A DNA stretch of 63,773 bases, counting the filler, from Dimorphilus gyrociliatus (lineage: Eukaryota; Animalia; Annelida), in NCBI GenBank assembly GCA_904063045.1. It is 5 parts of 5 records of this genome, joined end to end, with 100 filler letters (N's around TTAATTAATTAA, not from the genome) between each part and the next. Parts side by side here need not be neighbours in the genome. Positions count along the whole stretch, not along the records: positions 1 to 28,227 come from CAJFCJ010000145.1; positions 28,328 to 38,008 come from CAJFCJ010000136.1; 3 more parts are not named here. One strand, given 5' to 3'. Of the stretch, positions 21,894 through 34,751 are shown one piece after another. The position numbers were made by a program, and so were the translations under genes. Under the pieces are notes generated by a model, which was not told where the DNA came from, did not search any database, and saw nothing but the letters and a program-made list of their open reading frames with translations. Positions within the stretch are counted from its first letter, which is position 1. Every line of letters starts with the position of its first letter.

Positions 21894-22838
21894 AAACATG
21901 AATGGATAATTGTTCCACAAATCATAGGAAATAAACTTTTTATGCTATTTTCGTATTTAAAAATATTTTTATTGTGAAAAGAAATTCATTCAAAACTTAC
22001 CCTTTCAAATATGCTAATTTATTTAAGCCTATGATTAAGATTTATATCTCAGTTCTTCCCAATCCACACCCTCTTTTTTTGTTAGGATTTTACTTGTATA
22101 GAGGGTTGATGACTAATAATCCAAAACCATTAATATCTGATACAATTACGTATTGAAATTTCCGTCACCTGTAACAAATTGTTAGAATATGTAAGAGTTG
22201 CTACACAAAGAAACAGGCTGACTTATTACAAATTCACAAAGTGAACACCACCTAGTAGGGTATATAGATTTTTTAAAGGCAACTTTTGAACATTTGATAG
22301 AATGATCCTTTTCAATTGAAAAGTTCATATATTCAATATTTTGAGGAAATGGTCAATTGGCAAATTGCCAATAAACAAATATTTTTGAAGGCTTGATGTC
22401 CAAACTGATTAGTACTAGTGCACCCCCCCCCCCTTCCCACCTAATTTCTGATCAAACTAAGCTAAATAATGGTTCAGTACAGTCAGTCGACCACTTTTAG
22501 AAACCAAATTTTTAAACACTTGTTAAAGTCTAGATAATCTTACTCATTCATGTAATTTTTACCATTTTTTTTTAAAAATCTACTTCCTGTTCCTCTGAAT
22601 GAAAAGTGTTTTGAATTTAAAAATCTTTTTTAAGTTTAAAGCGCTTGATTTAACAATTGGATTTTTCTATCTAAAATCTTTTTACTGTTTTGTGAAAACA
22701 TTTTGTTTTTCTTGGCCTACCACGGCTTTGTCCTCCTCTCTACATTCAATACCAAGGATTCAACAGCTAGAGAGAGGTTGAAAATTTCCAATAGGGAATT
22801 CTCTATCTCAAGTTGTGACCGTGGACTACATTTATATA

Positions 22839-24063
22839 CAGTACCGGCGGTAAGTCACTGTTACACCTCAAAAAAATAATATTTTCTTGATTTTTTCTCT
22901 TTCCATACTTAAAGAATGAAAATGAAGGATATTATTATATTTAGTAATATTCTTCTTATCATTATAGAGAGAAAATATATGTTTTTCATTTAAAATCTCA
23001 GAAATATGATTGTATGACAGCTAGCCCCATCCTGCTGGAAAATTTCCCCTCTCCTATAATTTGGGACAACATGACTGCTCAAAATTTTAACATAATCCAA
23101 AGCTGTCATGCAATTAGACACTAAAGCTAGGCCCCTATCTCCTGTATATTTGATATAGCCAAACACCATGATATTCCCTCCCCCAAATTTTACTGTTTTT
23201 GTGGTATATTTGGGGTCATTCCATTTACCCAGTGGCCTGCTAACAAACTCCCTTCTCCTAGGATGCAGCTCAACCTTTGATTCATCAGAAAAAATTACTT
23301 TTTTCCAATTTTCAATCCCCCAGTTTTCTCTTTCTCTACAGAACTCTTTCCTACTTATTATCTGCCTCTTAGATAAAGCAGGTTTTTTGGCTGCAATTCT
23401 CCCATTTAAATTATTTTTTCGTAGTACCTGCTTCACTGTTGTTAGAGAAAGAGATATAGGTATACCAGAATTATATAATACCTGATGGGCCATCCACTTT
23501 GGGTTTGACTTAGATGCCCTGGTAATTTGCCTTTCCATCTTTGGTGTCACTTTTTTGGTCTACCACTTCTTTGCTTATCTTTTATCGTTTTTAGCTCTTT
23601 AAATTTATTTTTTATATTTTGTACAGTAGTTGGACTACATTTAAAAAGCTTTGCCACTTTTCGAATGGACATTTCTGGTCTTTGAAGACAATTTAAGATA
23701 GAAATTCTTGTTGCTTCAGATAGCTTCACCATTTTTATTTTAAATTTGTCAACTGTTAGATTACACATGCACACACACATAAATGACCTTAAAATCTGGT
23801 TAAAAGTGACACTACTCAATGATCAGGGTAAATTTTTGGAACATAACTGATGCTTGTGCTTTTCCATAAATAGGTCTATCACATTAAAGTGATCATATTT
23901 CTGAGATTTTAAATGAAAAACATATATTTTCTTTCTATAATGATAAGAATATTATTATTAAATATAATAATATCCTTCATTTTCATTCTTTAGGCACGGA
24001 AAGAGAAAAAATCAAGAAAATATTATTTTTTTGAGGTGTAACAGTGACTTACCGCCGGTACTG
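22839..24063 (-). mobile_element. Tc1 family 2, internally deleted (1225 bp)
   Basis: 172-bp near-perfect IRs (22839-23010, 23892-24063) starting CAGTACCGGCGGTAAGTCACTG, with TA flanks. Confidence 0.95.
23011..23732 (-). pseudogene. Truncated, frameshifted Tc1 transposase (family 2)
   Basis: MVKLSEA...SGRPKK, frameshift in an A-run at ~23547-23552, FSDESK, then QQDGASCHT fused directly to IR sequence. The catalytic E region is deleted. Confidence 0.9.
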
Positions 24064-24575
24064 TATAAAAATTAATTGTCAGTCTTTAAATAGCTCTATT
24101 ATATTATAATGGGCAAAGATATTTTGTCCACTTTTGGCTGCTGCTCCATACTAAATATAGATAGTGTTGAACTGTATTGATAGAGATTGGTAGTGTTGAC
24201 CTACATTCACAAAAATTGGTGCACACACGAAATGCAGCAAAAGGTGCACCTAACCCTGAAATTAAGAAAAGATGGAACATTTTTATTTAATATGATTATT
24301 AAGCAGATTTAAAAATTGTCGCGTGACTAAAATAAGGAGTTAAAAACAAAGGATTAGCATCTATAATGTTAGAAAGGTCCAATAAATTAAGAGAGAAAAA
24401 GAAAATCATAGTGAACGCTTGCCACCCTATTATTACAAAGGTAATAAATCATATTCGTTCATGGGCAAAATCACATGTCCTTTAGAATGATCTGGGTAAC
24501 AGACCCATAAATTGATCCCAGCAAAGAATAGTACAATGGCATTACTTTTCTTTTTGAATATAAATTTTAAAAATA

Positions 24576-25682
24576 CAGTACAGGTAACCTATTTTTGAAC
24601 TCCCAGCTATTTTCTATATTAGTTAAAATATTTTTTGTATAACATTAATTTTACAATCCAATAGTCAGACATGGCAATTAGGACTTTGTACACAACATAT
24701 TCAACTAATTAAATTTTTAGATTTCACTGTTTAAATAACAAAAAAAACTTTATTCTGAAAAAATCACAAAAAGTGCCCGATATCCTATTTTTGAACTTTA
24801 TGAATTCTGATAAAAATGTTGTTAGAAAAGGTAAGAAATATGTTTATTTTTACATTTTATTAATGTATAGATTATATTACTTCAAATAATCACTTTTTCT
24901 TTTTCTTAATACCTTATATTATATCCTTTATTTTTCTGACATAATCTGGCTCTTTTATGAAAGCTTTTGTATAAATTTGTAATATACCAATTTGATATGT
25001 TATTAAATTCCTCTTCTACTCCCCTCTACAAATCATCTTTTGTCTGCAAAACATGGGTTTGCAACCTATTTTTTAAGTAAGCCCGCAAATTTTCAATAAT
25101 GTTCAATTCTGGGTTTCTGGATGGCCAGTCTTGTAAAACTGCTATATTGTTTCTCTCAAGAAATGTCCTTGTAGGTGCCGATGTATAACATTTGGCACCA
25201 TCCTGCAATTGTTAATAGTTCCATGTTTCTCAAACTTTTTAATTATGTAATGGACAGATCCCTTTGAAATTTTTAATTGTTTTGTGATTTCATTCATTGA
25301 CATCTTCTCCTTCCTCTTTTCCATCACTAATTTTCTCATATCCAAGCTTATTTTTGGCATTTTTAAATTTTTTAAAATTGTTATCCTACTTTGATTTTGG
25401 ACATAAATTTTTGTGTGGGAAAGCACAAAAATTTGGTCATTTTCATAAATTTTTAATTATTGTTCAAAAATAGGATATTGGGTACTTTTCACAATTTTTT
25501 CATAATAAAATTTTTTTTGTTATTTAAACAGTAAAATACAAAGATTTAATTAATTGAATATATTGATTACAAAGTCACAATTGCCATGTCTAATTGTTGG
25601 ATTGTAAAATTAATGTTAAAGAAAAAATATTTTAACTAATATAGAAAAAAGCTGGGTGTTCAAAAATAGGTTACCTGTACTG
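24576..25682 (-). mobile_element. Tc1 family 1 copy C, non-autonomous with a 541-bp internal deletion (1107 bp)
   Basis: Both ends and TA flanks present. The junction ctgca|attgtt at 25207/25208 removes the equivalent of 18896-19436 of copy B (1648-541=1107). Many CpG transitions. Confidence 0.95.
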
Positions 25683-28227
25683 TATATATTTTTAACTATT
25701 ATTTCATATATAAAATAAAAGAAATTTGCTGATATGTGAAAAACTTATGCTTAAATTATAGATATTTATCTGAAATTGCGCCTGATGTTTTGTTTGATTG
25801 CGAAACAAATCCATAAGGATAACTGCCATTCTAGCCTATCGCCGATGAGAGTCTTGGTCAGTGAGGAAAACTAGGTGCTCAATGAAGTTACTACCATTCG
25901 TAGGGTAATAGACAAATGTGAACAATGTAACTTATTTAGAAAGAAAAGGAGATACTGTAGAGAAGATAATCTGCTCTGACCCTTTCAAACTGACATCGAT
26001 CTAAAAATATCCAAAAACTTGCTTTTAAAGATGGACAACACTTTGCAAAAGTTGGTCAATACCTCTTATCTATTTCAGAGCGAATCAGCACTGCTCTATA
26101 CTAATTCAATACTATTTATCTACAGAGGATAGATCTGACAAAGGTATGTATGCAGAACTAGTTATTTCTTGCTTTCTAGTTTACCAGCCCTACAAGTAAC
26201 AGTTAGAGATAAATCTACACAGTGCTGCTCAAGCTTGCCTAAAGAAGGGGATACTCTACTCCAAAACATATAGTGAGAGTGAATGTTTTTTCTTAGTGTG
26301 TGTGTATTTTACTGGCGCTCTGCCTTACAAAAGATTGGAGAATACCCACAACTGGCTTTCTCAAAATTCCATTAATTATTCCCGATGGGCAGAACCCTAA
26401 CCTAAGAAGCTAAGATGGAAATTTCACAAACAATTAAAGCCTTCCAGCAAATTTTTTTATATATCTGTTATAGGTGTAACTATATTTATATACTCCACTT
26501 GAGTTAATCTCTAACAACTTTTAAAGCTACCAGAAAGCTATTGATGTACAATTTTGCTAATACATTTATCAAATATAAATTCAAAATTTACTCTTTTACA
26601 AATGGTTGGCAAGAAAACTATTTTGTACATTTTATATTGGAATAGATATTTTCTCAACACAGGTTTGCAGTTGAACTTAAACAGCAAAACGCTATCAATT
26701 ATAATTCAAGTATACATTAACTCAAAAAGGCAAAATATGTCTCCTGAGTCTGTGTTGATGTGTTTACTGACTGGAGAAATCATAATCCAGCTAAAATACA
26801 AAAAAGTACTATAAAGAAAAAAGTTAGGCCTAAAAGTTAATCATAATTTTTATTATTAATCTATTGATAAATACATTTTGAGTACTTTGAAGAACTTTTT
26901 TTGTAAATGTTCAGTAAAAACAGACTGAAAAATTATTCAATTGATTAATTTGTGTTTTTTCGGAGCCGGATTCCAGAAGAGAAAAGAAGCAGAAGAAAAA
27001 TTTCAAGCATTTTCTAATATGACAAAAAAACAAAACAAGTTAATGGAAGTTGGAAATTTCACTTTAAATATTGGATATTTTACATAGAATCTAACTAACT
27101 ATCTACAATTCACAACAAAGGCTTAGTAGACAAAAATTTTCTCATTTTGAATGTTTTCTCAAGTGTTTTTCTATTCTTTTAAAAGTGACTAAGAATAAGA
27201 GAAGAGAAAGATGAAGAGGGAAAATGAGCAAACAGAGAAAGTGAGTGATGGAATGTAAACATATATCTATTAAATTTCGTAATGTTCATATCTGTAATAT
27301 CAGTGAACAACTTGTATACTTAGGATATAAAATTTTTTTTTGGATAGGATGAGAGAATTTTATCACTCTTTCAACTTCTCTTCCTCTCCAATTTGCAATC
27401 TTTTAGCAAGGGACAAACATTTTGGTACAGTGTCAAGACAAATTTAAACAATATGAATTAGGAGAAGACGAAACACGGAAAGAAACGACAACTAGAAATA
27501 ATCGTATCTTATCTAGATATAGTAAAAATAGTTGTTATCTTAAAAAAAAACGCAAGAAAAATTTAAGGTTTTTTTCAGTAGGAATACCCAACTTTACGTT
27601 TTAAAATGGCGATCATCAGTAAGAATAATTTCATACACGATCAAGCAATGGCTACCATCGGACTGCAGTTCAATCTACTTTTAATCCTTCTCTCTTCTTC
27701 AAGTTTCTCAAGTTTTTCTCAAAGTAAATACTTTTTTTATTTCATTTCAAATTGTAAAAGATTTCACCAAAATAGTAAAGAGGAACATTCCTTGTTCTCG
27801 CCATCGATATTTTTCATCGATTCACTTCTTTTACGACAATGTCAATAGAATTACATTGAAATTGGAAGATGATAATCATCATCAACAGATTAATGTTTGT
27901 ATTTCAATTAAGATGATTAATCTATTCGAATCCGATGAAAAAAAATTATATTTTACAGATTGGAAACTACATCAGCGTTACATTAGAAAAGTATCTATAT
28001 TTGGGATGCGTTCGGCAGGAATCCCAGTCTATATCGGATAAAGTTAAAAGCCTTTTACAAGTGTATTGGGAGTATTCAAGCATTTTGAATTGTGTCTGTA
28101 AGAAAACGGTCAAGAGAAAGAGAATTATAAGCAATTGTTATCTTTTAAAAGAGAAATTTTCCAATCATCGACAAGTGAATGAAATTGATTTAGATAAAGA
28201 TTTTAAGAGAATATTTCATCATTTATT

Positions 28228-28327
28228 NNNNNNNNNNNNNNNNNNNNNNNNNNNNNNNNNNNNNNNNNNNNTTAATTAATTAANNNNNNNNNNNNNNNNN
28301 NNNNNNNNNNNNNNNNNNNNNNNNNNN
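28228..28327. other. Assembly gap with synthetic linker (44 N + TTAATTAATTAA + 44 N)
   Basis: Identical 100-bp construct occurs four times. The linker gives stop codons in all six frames. Confidence 0.95.
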
Positions 28328-28331
28328 TTGA

Positions 28332-30242
28332 AATTGCTTACAAAAACACTTAGGAAATTTTCAACCATATGGATTTTTTAAATGTAGAAATCAGCTGAAA
28401 TTTATAGACACTATTAAGATTTGTGATAATATTTACAATTGTGTATATGGCAGTGATGAATTATATTGTTGGGAAGAAAAATTCAATAACTCCCATTGTA
28501 GAGAAATTTCATTTTTTCAATTGGACTGTTTCAACTTTCCAATTGAACAACCATTTCAAAATGTTTCATCTCTATACAAAATATTAAAAATTAATGGTTT
28601 CCTACCAAAATTCAATAACAAACTATTTAAAAGTGTTATTCAATTAACAATAGAAAATAGCCCTAATGAACAGTATCATTTTATAGACAATTTTCCAAAT
28701 CTGAGCTATCTTTCATTAAAAAATAATCCTTTTGGAAGTAACATTATAGCTTTAGAAAAATTTAAGAAACTGTTACAATACCTTTTCTTATCTAATAGTT
28801 CAATTCAATCATTGTCATTCATACAAAAATTAAAATGTACATATTTAAACTATTTAGATGTATCTTTTACGCAAATAACAACAATATTTCACAATGAACT
28901 ATCTAGTATCCCCAATTTGAAAATATTGAATATAAGTAATTGTCAAATCAATTATCTAGAGGAAAATAGTTTTAGTTCACTTAAAGCACTTGAACAATTA
29001 TTTATCTATAATTTAAAAATATCAAATTACAAATTTATTAATATAATAAAAGAGTTGAATAGTATTAAACAAATATTTGGTAATAATCTACATTTCTGCT
29101 GTTTTGCTTGGCAGCATATTGGATCAAAAATCTATTGCAGACCATTACCAACTACATTTTCCAAATGTTCTAGTCTTTTGTTTTTTCCATATTTAAAATA
29201 TTATTACTGGTGTTTGGGTTTAATTGGTTTCATTGTGAATTTCTTTAGAATACATCATATTTTTAGTATCAAACAAAATTACAAATATTTCATTGCATTA
29301 TTATGCCTCGGAGATAGTTTAAATGTAATTTATGTATTACTTTTAGTCATAGCAGATCAGTATTTTGGCAAAAAATATGTAGATCATGATGAGAGTTGGA
29401 GGAAAAGTATATATTGTAAATTACTTGGAGTAATTATCTCATTCTCTCTCTTTCTAACACTTTTTGGTGTTTTATTCACATCTTTGGAGAGGTACTACTC
29501 CATTTCAAGGCCATTTTTGATGACATCACTAAGGACAAGGTCACTTTTAATATCATTACTGTTGATGTTATTAGCCATCTTTTGCGCTGTTTTACCAATA
29601 TTGGCCAATGTTGTAAGTATTTCAAATTTTTTCCCCCTAAAGAAAATTCTTTTTAAATTTAAATTCAATAATCTTTTTAAGTTTACATTCAAAATTTTTA
29701 AAATATCTATTTTTTCTACAGAAAATTTATGGTGATTTCTCATCTTGTTTCAATCCCTTATTGCATAAAAGTAACTCTCCCATTGTTTGGACATATTCAA
29801 CTATTCTGTATGGAATTCTGCCTTTAATTACCCTGTCAATTGTTTTAATTGTCAATAATATTCTAATGAAATTTGTTGAAACATCAAAAAAAACTTTCTC
29901 TGATAGTCTACAATCAAAATTTTCAATTAAAAGACTCAAAATATTTTTGACATTAACTTCTGCAATTAATTGTATTTTTTGGCTAACATTTCCAATATTA
30001 GGTAGTTTTTAAAAAAAAATACACAGATTTTGTGAATTATTTTGTTTTTTTTTCTAAAAAAAAAAACTATTCAAAAAGGATTTGTGAATATTACATTGGT
30101 GAATGATAACAAGAATTTGCTTCCTCTAATACTTTGCCATATAATACCTTTATACTCATTCATCAATTCACCTATTAGCATTTTGAATGAAATTCATGGT
30201 AGAAAGGAACAGATAAAAAATAAAAGAAAATTAGAATTGTAA
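28332..30242 (+). CDS. LDLa-LRR-7TM GPCR (GRL101/RXFP-like), 5' end lost in the gap, 3' part apparently intact
   Basis: Open frame 28332-29612 (LDLa CDNIYNCVYGSDELYC, LRRs, hinge CCFAW...C...C, TM1-4 with LERYYSI). Spliced in frame to 29722-30001 and 30079-30242 (TM5-7). The last acceptor is weak. Confidence 0.78.
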
Positions 30243-32707
30243 TATTATCTGATTCTTTATAGATATATTTCTTTTCTCTCTTTTATATAGTAATATTGTT
30301 ACTTTTTTTAATTTTTAGGAAACAAGCTGAAAAATTAATGCAAGAAGGAATTTTTTTAAATTGTTAGAAAAAATCATTTTTTTTTCTTTTATAAAAAACT
30401 TTTTTATTTTTATTTAGTCAATAAATTACTTGAAGATAATATTCATGGTATTATATTTAAAAATGAAATTGATAATTTTGAAAAATTTGTCTTGTGTAAA
30501 GAGTTATTTGAACAATTTGATTATTTCTACTGTATTAAACAGTATATTGGAATGATTTCTTTTCTTCATGACAATAATTTTTCATTAAAAGGAAATATCC
30601 ATTTAGATTCTATATATAAAAAGGTTTTTTTTATAAATTTTCCTATAAAAATGTTTACCATTTTTCATTTTTTAGAATACTCAAAAGTTTTACTTTTTAA
30701 TTGGCAATGTCAGTGTAAGGAGTGTTGAGAATGAGAAAAGTGACATTTATGCTTTAGGAACGATAATTAGAGTAGTTTTAAAAAGCAGAATTATTTATAC
30801 ACCAGGCTCTATAAATTTTAAAAAGCAATAAAACTGAAATTATTTTTTTGATTTTAAATTTTTTTAAATACAATAATTTTAAATTTTTCTTCCATTACAT
30901 GGAAATTATCTACAAAATTTTAACTTTTCAAAGGTTTTAGGCTTAAATGTGTGTAAACCTTTCTAAATTACATAAAAAACGCACCAATAGTATTAGGGAA
31001 GAAGGAAAGTAAAAATTTAACAAAATGAGTGAATTAAGAAGAAAATCAATGATATTGCCTCTGCTACTAAAGAGAATCCTTTTGGGTTTCAAGTCAATTT
31101 CCTCCCTCTTATGTTCAATAGACCGTTTGCAAGACAAACATCATTTATAGTAGAGTCTAAGAGCCATCTAGTGGCTCAGCAGTTGAACGATATAGATTAG
31201 CAAATTAATTATTCTTTGTTATATCTTTTTACTTATTTCTATCCAATATAATAATCAATTTATCAAATTGAATACATTCATTTTTATTATCTTTTATTTT
31301 TTTTAATATTTAATTAAGAAAGCATTTAAATAAAAAATTTATAATGGCCATTTTGAATGTATTGCTATTGTTTCTATAACTTTTATTCATTTCACTAGGC
31401 TTAGTTAAACAAAAAATTCACCAAGAATTCAATAAAAAATTGAATGAGGGGGAAATTAATGCTGATAAAAGAAAAAAAAGTAAAAGAAAGCTTTATAGTT
31501 GTCTTAGGAGTGAACAGAGTCTATTTTTTTTATTTCTTAAGCATTTAAGCAGGAAAGGGAAGAATGTTGAAAGAAATTCCAATACTTTTAATTTATCTTC
31601 TCTCATTCTCATCGTTGATACCAAGATTATATAATTTGTGTCCTGGTAAAGTATTTAAAGGTTTATCAGTTCCAATTGTTCAATTCAATAATAAACTCTT
31701 TGGTAATACAACTGTGGAACTTCCTAAGGAGTACTAGGCTTACTCATAATTCAAATTTGTTTGAACAAATATAACATATACTTTATTCAAACAATCCCAA
31801 ATTATATATATATATATATAGGGACCATGTGATCTTAATTAAAGCATTGAGTGACTCTACTCAATTTTTGAGTGGTCACGTGACCTTATATAAAGCATTG
31901 ACACATTGACACACTCAACATTGGAGGAGCAATGCGAAAGGTATTGTTTTCATGAGTATTTTGTCTTAAAACTATGTAATACATTTTATTATACATTCTT
32001 TCATACACAGAGTAGGCATTGGTACTAATTAATCAATCAATATATTTTCTGTTGATTCATAGACATTTTCTGTTAATTGATGGACGTTTTCTGTCACATC
32101 CTGATAATTTCTTTCTTTCCTTAAAAGGAATATTGCTGATTAAGCACTATATAAACGATTAATCACTACATTACAATAGCTAAGGCTTAAACAGTAAATG
32201 CTTATTGTATTATTATAGAATACAAGACATTCTATGTTTAGATATCCCTACTAATTATTTATTGAGATATATTGCAAATCAAATAAATAGGATAAGCAAA
32301 AAAAACAGTAGTCATATATTTTTAATTTATTTATATAAAATATATAATTCAGCTTATATTATAAATTTCAAAATGTGACGTTTATCTCAAAAAAAGGCGT
32401 CTAATATTGTAAAGAAATTGAAGAAGGTGTTGATTGGCTATTATATTGAAATTTTTATAAAGAGAAGGAATTTTGGGTTCAGGTAAGCTATACAGTTAGG
32501 GTTAGGGGTTAAATTTGACAAACATAGTAAATGCATTGATAATTCTAATCTTCTTTTAATGAATACATTAATTAATCTGAGTGGTAGGCTTTTTACTAAA
32601 CAATCAAAAAAAGAAGGACATGAAATCAAGGTAGGTCAAGTAGGTAAGAAATAATATTTTTACTTTTTTATACCAGGTTATTTTGGTGGGCAAAATATAT
32701 ATATATA

Positions 32708-34063
32708 CAGTATCGGACACCTAAAAGTAGCCACCCTGTTTTTTCGACAACATTTACGATTTATTTTTTATTTACACATAATTTTATTTTTTATTATATA
32801 ACATTAGAAAACTGAAATACTAATATATTCAGTAATGCTAAAATCATAGTCTATTATAATAGGAAAGAAGAGGATTATTTAATTTTTCCAAAAATTGTCA
32901 AAATAGGCCGGCCACCTAAAAGTAGCCTGTGACAAAAAGTGTAGGAAAATATCATTATCTGTACATTTTTTCCCACATTACAATTTGATCATGCTCACTC
33001 TAATCATTATATGTGAAAATGCCAGTGATTCCATTAGAAATAAGAAAACTAGTTGTTCAAAAAAAATTGAACAAGGTTTCACTAAATCAAGCCGCCAAAG
33101 AGCTGAATATTTCAAGACGAAGTGCTCAAATTATTTGGAAGAAATATGTAAAGTACGGATCAATAAGAAATAGACCAAAGGTGAACACACCAAGAAAATT
33201 GTCTGAGAGGGAGGAGAGAAAACTCGTTCGAATATCCAAAATGAACCCCTTTTTCACAGCTAGAGCTGTTCTTGAACATTCTGGGTTTCAAAATACTATC
33301 TCAATACAGACTTGCCGTCGAATATTAAAAAGAAGTGGGTTGAACAGTTATGTGGCAACAAGCAAACCAGATGTTAAACCCACTCATGCTAGATGCAGAT
33401 TGACATTTTGTAAGAAGATGCTTGATATGGGAGAGGAGAAAATAAAGAAAATTATTTTTTCCGACGAATCCATGATTCAATTGTACCCAAAGAGGAGATT
33501 ATTTGTTCGACAAAGTCCCAACAAAAGATTCCACCCATTTTATGTAAAGAAAGCAGTTAGAATAAAGAATAGCAGTATTTCTATATGGGGTTGCATCAAA
33601 GCTGATGGACGGAGATCTGTTCATCTATATGATGGGTACTTAGATAGTGAAAAGTATCAAAATATTTTAGAAGAAAAATTACTTCCTCTATTTACTAAAG
33701 GTGATGTGTTTATGCAGGACGGTGCTAAGTGTCACACTTCTGCATCAACTTGCAATTATTTAAGAAGGAGAAGAATTAAGAGATTGGCGAACTGGCCAGC
33801 TAGGAGTCCAGAGCTTAATATAATAGAGAATCTATGGGCGTATGTGAAGAACAGGCTCCCAATATACGCTTTAGATAACAAACAAGATCTATGGACAGCT
33901 GTGGAGAAAGAATTCATGAATATACCTAACTGGTATATTCAAAACCTCTACAGCAGCATAGAGAAAAGAATGAGACTCTGCATTAGAAACAGAGGATATA
34001 CTATAAAATATTAGATGTTAATACCTGTTATGTAATTATTGCTAATGAATAATCTAATCATAA
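32708..34063 (+). mobile_element. Tc1 family 3, left IR/DR only; right end missing
   Basis: TA + CAGTATCGGACACCTAAAAGTAGCC terminus. 15-bp direct repeat CACCTAAAAGTAGCC at 32718 and 32913. An LTR begins 50 bp after the stop codon and no right IR was seen. Confidence 0.88.
33019..34014 (+). CDS. Intact Tc1 transposase, DD35E (331 aa), paralogous to family 1
   Basis: FSDES, QDGAKCHTSAST and SPELNIIENLW motifs, with 35-residue D-E spacing. Confidence 0.93.
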   Translation: MPVIPLEIRKLVVQKKLNKVSLNQAAKELNISRRSAQIIWKKYVKYGSIRNRPKVNTPRKLSEREERKLVRISKMNPFFTARAVLEHSGFQNTISIQTCRRILKRSGLNSYVATSKPDVKPTHARCRLTFCKKMLDMGEEKIKKIIFSDESMIQLYPKRRLFVRQSPNKRFHPFYVKKAVRIKNSSISIWGCIKADGRRSVHLYDGYLDSEKYQNILEEKLLPLFTKGDVFMQDGAKCHTSASTCNYLRRRRIKRLANWPARSPELNIIENLWAYVKNRLPIYALDNKQDLWTAVEKEFMNIPNWYIQNLYSSIEKRMRLCIRNRGYTIKY

Positions 34064-34751
34064 TGTACTGCCTTCCTTGAATGTAGGTTAAAGCCTAGTG
34101 GTTAAAACAGTACTGGTTCTACTCGAACCTTTAAACAAAATGTTTCAACTTTGAGAGGTTTATTCAAATTAGATACTTAAGCAGATAGTAAGAGAGTTCA
34201 ATAGAATATTGTAGTGAGGAGAAGCACTTTATGCCAGTTTACCAAGTCGCGATTTAGTAACAGAACAGGGTTGATTCTGACCAGTCCAATAGGGAGTTGT
34301 CCTTTTCCAAATGGTCTTTTCATTGTTGTTCCAAGTAGTTATGCTGAGTTGTGCTCGGTAGGAGATGGATAGTTTGTATGAAATTCTATGAGTTTATATA
34401 TACTTTGGTTGGTTTGTCTCATCCAATCATCACTTTGCTGCTGGCGAATTGTGTAGTTGACAGTTTATCTTTAGTAACAGGATGTTTTGAGGGTTAAGTG
34501 TGACTTGGCTTAAAGTATATTGGGTGTGTCCAGATACAAACGTTAATTATACTTTAGGGTTGAGGCTTGCTTAGTCAGAGTTGTGCCAATGATTAATGAG
34601 TTTCTGAAGTGGTCATTTAGTGTGGCCTAGGCTACTTCTACACATATTATAAGAATAATAAGAGTTTTACAATAGTTTCGTAGCTTTTAGTAAAGTTAAC
34701 ATATAAGACCATAGTAGTTAAAGCACATTAGAATATAACGAAAGTTGTACA
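34064..34751. mobile_element. Solo LTR-like element (divergent subfamily, 688 bp) with non-matching flanks
   Basis: Starts TGTACTGC and ends AAAGTTGTACA. Shares TACTGGTTCTACTCGAACCTTTAAACAAA, ATCCAATCATCACTTT and TTAGTAACAGGATGTT blocks with the 50/52/60-kb copies. Flanks are ATAA and GTAT. Confidence 0.82.

Noticed and set aside
25880-25960. IRRVIDKCEQC resembling an integrase zinc-binding motif
   Set aside because: Too short, surrounded by stops, no other pol motifs recognised.
27606-28227. Signal-peptide-like exon and CpG-rich ORFs as the 5' end of the 28332 GPCR
   Set aside because: Splice phases could not be reconciled, and a synthetic gap intervenes.
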